64,000 bases of DNA from Fistulifera solaris (lineage: Eukaryota): positions 558,001 to 622,000 of the forward strand of contig AP026162.1 of NCBI GenBank assembly GCA_030295235.1. The letters are read 5' to 3'. The notes below the pieces were generated by a model. It did not search any database. It was not told where the DNA came from and saw only the letters and a list, made by a program, of their open reading frames with translations. Positions 57,175 to 64,000 of the stretch are shown here, piece after piece; within the stretch, counting starts at the first letter, position 1; the number at the start of each line of letters is the position of its first letter. Position numbers and translations under genes: made by a program.

Positions 57175-58722
57175 ATGACGATCGAAACCAAAGTCCAGAC
57201 TTCCGCTGGATACCCTCGAGCGACGCAAGCTTCTCATAAACTCGAGAAGCCTTATTTTCGTGATCCTCTCTTTGCCGTGCTCTGGATCGTTCAGCTGATC
57301 ATTGTTGTGAGCTGTGCTGTGTTCCTACGCCCTTCGCCGTCGGACTCAAAAAATAAGGATGACGAAGAGGGGTACATCGAAACCGCTTTGCTTGCACTGG
57401 CGCTATTGATCGTGCCTTTGGGTGCCGCTCTGATTGCCGTTTGTATGGTGTTTCTATTCATGTCGGCTTACTCGCAACAAGTGATTCGAATGGCATTTTT
57501 CAGTCCAACGATTGCTTCGATTGCAACAAGTATGATTGCTACATACAACATGGGAAAGAGTGCGTTGCCTCTGTGGTATGCGACAGCAGGTGTAGCAGCA
57601 GTTTCTGCTTTTATGTATTTCTGGGTGCGTCGGTATGTTCCGTTTGCTGCTTCTACCCTGAGGGTATCTTTGCAGGCGCTGCGCGATTACAAAGGATTGA
57701 TCGGTATGGCAATGTTGACATCGACACTGGTCTTTGCATGGTTCGCCGTATGGGCCGTGGCGTCGTTGGGAATCTATCAATACCGGCAACGGCACCCACG
57801 CCCTCCACAAGTTCGTTGGATGCCTTGCGAACACGATCCGAGAAAGCAGTGTTCCGAAACGGTCACCAACTATGAGCCCTTCTACGTGACGGTTTTCTTG
57901 TTGCTATCATTGTACTGGACATCGCAGGTGTTGTCGAACATTCTTCACACGGCTACTGTAGGTACCGTGGCTTCTTGGTGGACGTCGAAGTCCAAAAACG
58001 AGCGGGCGTTGCGCGAAGCATTGTATCGAGCCAGTACAACATCTTTGGGAAGTATTTGTTTGGGGAGTTTGGTGGTTGCCATCGTTTCCACTTTAGAAAC
58101 CATCGTCTCTACTGTAAGCAACACGCAAAAGAAGATGGAAGAGAAAGCAGAAGAAGCTCAGAGACGCGAACGTGGACAGCGTCCACGCCGTCAGCACAGC
58201 GGGGCAGCGAATGCAATTGTGAAGCAACTTTTACAGTTGCTTCGTAAGATTTCCGAGTACATCAACTCTTGGGCTTTCGTGTACGTCGGGTTGTACGGCG
58301 ACACTTATTGGGCAGCTGGAAAGAAGGTTTCTTCGTCCCTTTTCTCGAAGACAGGACGACCAACGTTTGTATCCGACCGCCTCGTGTATCGTGTTCTCGG
58401 TCTGATGAAAGTCGCGATCGCTTTACTGAGCGGAGCTCTGTTGGTGGTGACTCAATTCGCATTTGACTGGACGACGAGCAGTGATATGAATCCCTCTACT
58501 TGGCGGGGAATCGTTTTTTCCTCCGGTGTTGTTGTAGGATATTGGGTGTCGAGTGTTTCACTCTCTGTCCTCGAAAGCATTGCCCGCACCGTCATTGTAT
58601 GTTTTCTAGAAAATCCCGATGCATTGCAGTCCAGCCATCCTGCGTTGCACAAAGAGCTCCAACACGGCTGGTCGACAGCTTATCCTAACGCCTGGAAATC
58701 GTTCAAACAGAAAAGGCTCTGA
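57175..58722 (+). CDS. Choline transporter-like (CTL/SLC44/PNS1) membrane protein
   Basis: RDPLFAVL, SLYWTSQV, TTSLGSICLGSLVVA, YINSWAFVYVGLYG and VCFLENP motifs; ~10 TMs. Confidence 0.88.
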   Translation: MTIETKVQTSAGYPRATQASHKLEKPYFRDPLFAVLWIVQLIIVVSCAVFLRPSPSDSKNKDDEEGYIETALLALALLIVPLGAALIAVCMVFLFMSAYSQQVIRMAFFSPTIASIATSMIATYNMGKSALPLWYATAGVAAVSAFMYFWVRRYVPFAASTLRVSLQALRDYKGLIGMAMLTSTLVFAWFAVWAVASLGIYQYRQRHPRPPQVRWMPCEHDPRKQCSETVTNYEPFYVTVFLLLSLYWTSQVLSNILHTATVGTVASWWTSKSKNERALREALYRASTTSLGSICLGSLVVAIVSTLETIVSTVSNTQKKMEEKAEEAQRRERGQRPRRQHSGAANAIVKQLLQLLRKISEYINSWAFVYVGLYGDTYWAAGKKVSSSLFSKTGRPTFVSDRLVYRVLGLMKVAIALLSGALLVVTQFAFDWTTSSDMNPSTWRGIVFSSGVVVGYWVSSVSLSVLESIARTVIVCFLENPDALQSSHPALHKELQHGWSTAYPNAWKSFKQKRL

Positions 58723-59268
58723 GACTGAGACTTGCATTTCTAATCGAGCGCACTCGACCTTCTGAAAACGTAACTTCATATTCTGCTTGCACACGAAACG
58801 GGAAACTACACATAGATCAACTCGCAGTTCGTTCTCAGATATCCCTTAAATTTTAGATATCTCAATACCAGATGTTGTGCCGCTCTAGTCGATGTAAGAT
58901 ACTTGTTGAAACTATGGTTAGTTTTAGGGATGATTTAGATTCTAGTTGCTCATCAATTTTCAAACGACATAACCTCTCTAGATTTTACTCCGAGTGTTCT
59001 CGGCATTCGGAATCAGCAGATTAGAGACAATAGAAGATGACTTCATAAATATAATGTCCTTATAGCCTTAGCCTTACAGCCTTAGCCACAGGCTAGAATC
59101 GGACAAACGACAGACGAGGAAGAATAATTGGGCGGAAATTACACGACCACGAAAAAATGGCGCAAAAAAAATTGAATTCGGCGATCTTTCGTACAGTATA
59201 TTGTTGCACCTATATTCGTCGCACAAATCACAAATATCCATTGAGAGATAAGCGAAACGAGAACCATC

Positions 59269-60483
59269 ATGGCTGGATTGAAACGAGACTATGATGTGTC
59301 TGTGCCGGACGAAGAGTTGTTTGTGGATGATCTCGCTGTAGCCGCAACGTATGCGGTTGCCGCTCCGCCGGTATCTGTGTCGAACGAAGTGCCTGTGACT
59401 GACGACCAGGACGAGATTGAACTGGAGGATTTTCTTTCAGCAGAGAATACAGAGACTCGGGATACGCCGGAGATTATTGAGAAGCAGACTGCGGATACGG
59501 ATGGCCAAGAAAATGGCGAAGACGATGACGAGTCGGATGTTGATTTAGAGGAACAGTTACGACAGATGGTGGACGAGGAAGAAGAAGCTCCAGTAAACAC
59601 AGCGACAGACAGCCGCCCTAGAACGGCACATGAGATCGACCCATACAGTTCGGGCCAGAATGAACTAGAATTTCTATTTGATGTTTCCGAAGAAGAAAGG
59701 CTGCGACTAAAGAATTTAACTCGCAATCATTTGAAAGTAGCTGGGAATGTTCGACATCTTCTGGCGTCTGAGCGGACTGTTGTGATTCAAAGTAAACCGG
59801 GTGAAGCTGTACTCGAAGAGGGAACTATACTTGTTGTTTGTACAACATCACTCGATGAGAATTCCTCCGATTCAAAGATCGTCCCCCTCGGCAGGGTGCT
59901 CGAAGTCTTTGGCCCGGTTTCTCAGCCTCTGTACAGTGTACGTCTTCCAGAGCCCCTACCAGCCGAGACAACCGAACCAACGGACGCGAAAGACGCACGC
60001 ACTGTAAAAGAGAATGATCCATGGGCAGAAAGCGGTGATTTTACCAATCTTTTGAGACGGGACACTAACGCATTTCCAATCTACTATGTTCCTGAAGGAG
60101 TTCGAGTAATCGATCCTGCCTTGATCATGAAAGCGAGTGGCCGAGGTTCGGATGCTTCCAATTTCTATGATGAAGAAGTTACAAATCCAAATGATCTCGA
60201 TTATTCTGACGACGAGCAAGAACGCGTGGCAAAGCGGAAGGGTCGACAAAACAGACAAGGAATCGACAGCGTTGCTTCTTTCGGAGGCACGAGAAATGAG
60301 CATGGCGCGGTAGCCGTGGATAACTACTTGGCACCCCAAGGCTTTCATCACATCTCGCAGCGTGAACACCATTTTCATTCGACGCAAAATATGCTGCCTC
60401 GATATCCTGGAGTGGCGTCGAACAATTCAGGAGCCCATGCACCGTCCTCTGAGCAAGAAGAATCCGACACGGTTTATTTTTGA
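59269..60483 (+). CDS. NAF1: H/ACA RNP assembly factor NAF1
   Basis: Acidic N-terminus, Gar1/Naf1 core (LEEGTIL...LGRVLEVFGPVSQPLYSVR) and GSDASNFYDEEV...DYSDDEQE. Confidence 0.9.
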   Translation: MAGLKRDYDVSVPDEELFVDDLAVAATYAVAAPPVSVSNEVPVTDDQDEIELEDFLSAENTETRDTPEIIEKQTADTDGQENGEDDDESDVDLEEQLRQMVDEEEEAPVNTATDSRPRTAHEIDPYSSGQNELEFLFDVSEEERLRLKNLTRNHLKVAGNVRHLLASERTVVIQSKPGEAVLEEGTILVVCTTSLDENSSDSKIVPLGRVLEVFGPVSQPLYSVRLPEPLPAETTEPTDAKDARTVKENDPWAESGDFTNLLRRDTNAFPIYYVPEGVRVIDPALIMKASGRGSDASNFYDEEVTNPNDLDYSDDEQERVAKRKGRQNRQGIDSVASFGGTRNEHGAVAVDNYLAPQGFHHISQREHHFHSTQNMLPRYPGVASNNSGAHAPSSEQEESDTVYF

Positions 60484-60499
60484 AGTAAAAATCTCATAG

Positions 60500-62227
60500 T
60501 CATGTCCAAGGGAGCCAGTTGGGATGCATGATGACACCGAGAATATTGTAGAGTAAAAAGTATCCGATTATGGCATCTCCAAACCGTTTGTTAAGAGCAC
60601 CGACCAAAAACCAATAAAGCGCAGGACAAGAGCTGCAGATAAGACGAGTGGAAATCTGTACATGAGCTATTGTTAATCCCAATAGCGTACTGGCTGCTAA
60701 GACCGCATAGAAACCCAATAGATAAGGGCTCCCTTGCAAAACGTCGCCTGGCGTCAACAGTGGAGCGGTCGGACGCTGTTCGCCACCAAAAGTCTGCAGT
60801 GCATCCACAATCCACAAAATGGTTCGGTTGGGCACTGATTTCTGATTATCGCTGAGAAGCGTCCAACTCGTTTGAATCCATGTACTCGTGGCAAGGGCTG
60901 ATAACATTAGAATAGGACCCGCCAGCAAAAAGTTTGGGATCTGCTTGATTTGGAAATATCGTAGAAATCCAACATTCCAATACTTTTTCTGTACATGACC
61001 GTACAGATTGAACCACGGCCCTTGTTCGCACCATGCTGGTCGCACTCCCGTGAACTCGACGCAATGCATCGAGTAGCCTCGGAAATTGTGCCAACCCATG
61101 CTTCCATAGGCCACAAAGACAATCAATAATAGAATATAACAAGCGACCAAGGAGCGCCGCCACCAAATCCATCGCCCACGACGTTTTCGAAGAACGAGAC
61201 CCGCACCGTACAAAAGAAGGAAACCGCCATACAAAGTACTGTTGGATCGCGTCAAAGCGGCTAACCACCAAAAAGGGGTAGCGCCTAGCATCGTCCACCA
61301 AGTAGTAGAAGGGACGATGCCGTTTGGACTAGACGCAGCATTGGATAGAACCATTTGGAGAGCCCACCGGCAGCCATGACAAAGCAGGGCAGCACACAGT
61401 GCCTCGCTGTAAGCTGTTCCGAAAAATACATTTGCCGGGTTGCAAACAAAGAGCAAGGCAACGCGTCGCGCCCATGTTTCGCAGTCGCTTAAAGACAATA
61501 TTGTTTTCTCTTTGTACTTCTCTTGCATTCGATAATGAAATAGCAGTAGATCCTTGGTCATCGCATACAAATCCATAGTCACCATAAGGAAGCAAATCGT
61601 GTTCAAACAAACCGCCGAAAACACCATCAACGACGTACACGTCGAAGGTAATAGAAAGCGAGGGACCAGATAGGTAAGAATGGTTGCGGTGACTCGAATC
61701 ATGGTAGGAAACAAGGGGAAGAAGGCATGAGTCTGTTCCGAGTCGGCAAATCGATGCAAGAGACACTCTTCGTCTTCGTCGCATTCGTCGAGCTGCGGTT
61801 TTCTCGATTGCGGTTCGTACGCAAGACGCAGAAATCGCGCCGCATCCCAACGAGTCAATGGCTTTAAGAGAAAAGGATATATCTTGCTTTGAAGCAGGAA
61901 AACCGGGAAGGATACAGACGCCTTGGTAAGGACAGACTTTTGGCTCTCAATATTTCGAAAAGGTAATGAACACGTTTCCCAGTCGATCCACCTCGCGTTC
62001 GTGTGCTGGTCGTATATTAATTGAGGTCCTTCCAGAGGAAACTGCAAAACATCATTGCCTGGATTATGATTTGGAATTATAGCGCACGATAGACTCATAG
62101 CCAGCCAAACGATCAGTCGCCAAATAATGGCCGTACAGAAAATCTTCTGGCGATTGCATTGATTCGAAAAAGTTAAAAAGCGCTCCGCGAGACCTTTCCT
62201 TTTCAACCGTGTTCTGCGAAGACTCAT
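60500..62227 (-). CDS. PIGV: GPI mannosyltransferase 2
   Basis: LTRWDAARFL, AFFPLFP, NPANVFFGTAYSEAL, TRSN, YGHVQKKYWNVGFLRYFQIKQIPNFLLA, HVQISTRL and C-terminal NWLPWT. Confidence 0.95.
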   Translation of the reverse strand: MSLRRTRLKRKGLAERFLTFSNQCNRQKIFCTAIIWRLIVWLAMSLSCAIIPNHNPGNDVLQFPLEGPQLIYDQHTNARWIDWETCSLPFRNIESQKSVLTKASVSFPVFLLQSKIYPFLLKPLTRWDAARFLRLAYEPQSRKPQLDECDEDEECLLHRFADSEQTHAFFPLFPTMIRVTATILTYLVPRFLLPSTCTSLMVFSAVCLNTICFLMVTMDLYAMTKDLLLFHYRMQEKYKEKTILSLSDCETWARRVALLFVCNPANVFFGTAYSEALCAALLCHGCRWALQMVLSNAASSPNGIVPSTTWWTMLGATPFWWLAALTRSNSTLYGGFLLLYGAGLVLRKRRGRWIWWRRSLVACYILLLIVFVAYGSMGWHNFRGYSMHCVEFTGVRPAWCEQGPWFNLYGHVQKKYWNVGFLRYFQIKQIPNFLLAGPILMLSALATSTWIQTSWTLLSDNQKSVPNRTILWIVDALQTFGGEQRPTAPLLTPGDVLQGSPYLLGFYAVLAASTLLGLTIAHVQISTRLICSSCPALYWFLVGALNKRFGDAIIGYFLLYNILGVIMHPNWLPWT

Positions 62228-63328
62228 TATTGTTTGACAGGCGTCACTGTGAAAAAGATCACAACATTATTTCATTGACGATGATCATTCAATTTTTTCA
62301 CAACCAGACGAGCAGTTCGCGCATCCGGGTTTCTACTTACTCCTATGCATCCGTCGTCAACATGTCTCGAGTGAATACTATGGACAAAAATGTAGATTAC
62401 CTTTTTCATGACTGCATTGTTTCAGCATCTTCATGTTCCGAGCCAGATTCTACCTACAGTAACCTTTGCTAGTTTTGCTAAAGTGTAAGGCTTCAAATGT
62501 CTTTCCTATCGTGGACGTCCCTCTAGCAGCATTTGCAATGCGCACTTTGGATCTCTACGTTGAAAAGGTTTGCAATTTATTTTTTCCTTTTCATTACTAT
62601 CGACCAAAGTGTTGGTTTACGAGACTGTGAGGAGTTTTTTTTATTCTTCCGAGCCAGACTGCTACCTAACTGCCGCTCGTTCTGCAAGTCTGCAAGCTTG
62701 TTGAGCTCTATCGTTTGATCACAATCCAATACACTTAGCAGCGTTTGCACTGCATGAATCGTTTCTTCAAGACGAAAAACCTTGGGAGTTGTTGTATTTA
62801 GTATTTTACTATAGACCAAAGTGTGGCATCCTCTTTTCCACGACTGCGTTTCAGTCACGAGACATTTCACGAAAAGACACGTACGTTTGCATTTTATTGC
62901 GCTCAGCAACAACAAACGTATGCCTTAATGTCGTTGCTCATTGTTTGTTCTTCGATTATATAGATCGCTTGTAGAGGCTAGAGACTCTGTTGACTAATTA
63001 TAATACAATGCGCTAGAGGCGAATGAATAAATGGAGGGAGTTATTGCGGTCACGGACGTAAAAAGAGCCCTAACAAAATTAATCAGAACAAGTCTTGAAC
63101 AATAGTACCTGAAACACTCTACTACTATGCTAGCTATACTGCGGATTGCACTGGTACGGTACTTGCACCCCACCTCCGTGACCCCTTTCTCATTCTCGGA
63201 GAATAATGAATCAGTCCCCACCCTTTTTTCATTTCATTTTGCAATGCATCTGAGTAACTTTATTGTGTTGTCAACCCGTTTCATAAACACGGAGTCATTA
63301 ATAAAAAGTCCAACAATAGTCAATACAA

Positions 63329-64000
63329 ATGAGGACTTGCTTTTTAGCGGTTTTTCTACTATCATGGACGCGCCCTTCGACCGCGTTCGCTCCTCGTCCA
63401 GTTTCCACTCGATGTTGTAAAACACGTCTTCCGGTATTCTCATCGGGCAATGGAGATGGAGCGAGGCGAAAAAAAGAAATCACTGTCCGACCGAACACCG
63501 CAGGAAGCTATCACGTTGATACAAGATATTTTGAAAGCTGCCATCGAAGCGGGTCCGCGGGCTGGACCCGCTCGAACGTTGCAGGCCTATCGCGCCTTTG
63601 CCACCACAACACAAGAATTCTTACCGAAATTGCTGTCGCAACCCTCCAGTGTCGCATTGCCAGCTGTGTTACGGACATTATTTGAACGCATGGGTGCCAC
63701 GTACATCAAATTAGGACAATTCATTGCGAGTAGCCCCACACTCTTCCCCAAGGAATATGTTGTCGAATTTCAAAAATGCCTCGATCAGACCGAACCTCTC
63801 CCGTGGTCTACCATCAAAGAAGTGATTGAAAAGAACTAGGGCCCATTTCGAATACTTTTTCCAGCATTGATCAGACACCGCTCGCATCTGCCAGTATCGC
63901 GCAAGTCCACGTGGCGACGTTGAAGTCGACGGGGGAAGAAGTTGTCATCAAAGTACAAAAGCCGCGAATTGACGAGTGTCTGCAGGCCGATTTGGGGTTC
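63329..64000 (+). CDS. Plastid-targeted ABC1/UbiB atypical kinase (partial; frameshifts near 63472 and 63835)
   Basis: Signal peptide plus STAFAP motif; [14 protein letters not shown]; then in a shifted frame [11 protein letters not shown] and VVIKVQKP. Runs off the window. Confidence 0.88.

Noticed and set aside
63047..63183. Inverted repeat GGTCACGGA/TCCGTGACC as possible MITE ends
   Set aside because: Only 9 bp, single occurrence and no target-site duplication; compatible with chance.

Overview
A compact eukaryotic genome segment with short GT-AG introns. The gene content and an 'STAFAP' plastid-type presequence point to a diatom, probably pennate; the species cannot be determined from the sequence. 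About 30 protein genes can be read. Most are housekeeping: MTD1, eRF1, mitochondrial L11, proteasome beta1, PRP5/DDX46, a SET1-like methyltransferase, ISY1, NAF1, PIG-V, an ABC1 kinase, an ABCC transporter and a PPR protein. Many conserved genes are split by single-base frameshifts, often at homopolymer runs, which most likely reflects assembly error. The standout locus is 33.7-38.6 kb. There a membrane-anchored, circularly permuted NikA-type metal-complex-binding protein of bacterial type (resembling diatom ZCRP-B) lies head-to-head with a ferric-reductase-family enzyme carrying a Cys-rich insert, next to an ABCC transporter. This is a candidate reductive metal-ligand uptake module. Three intergenic repeat families each occur at two distant loci, with palindromic or hairpin cores and often a ~210-bp period. 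Other notable items are a WW-domain-fused NELF-C/D, a CENP-H-like protein and a two-repeat orphan microprotein. No tRNA, rRNA, CRISPR array or transposase was recognised. All family calls come from motif recognition by eye, not database searches.
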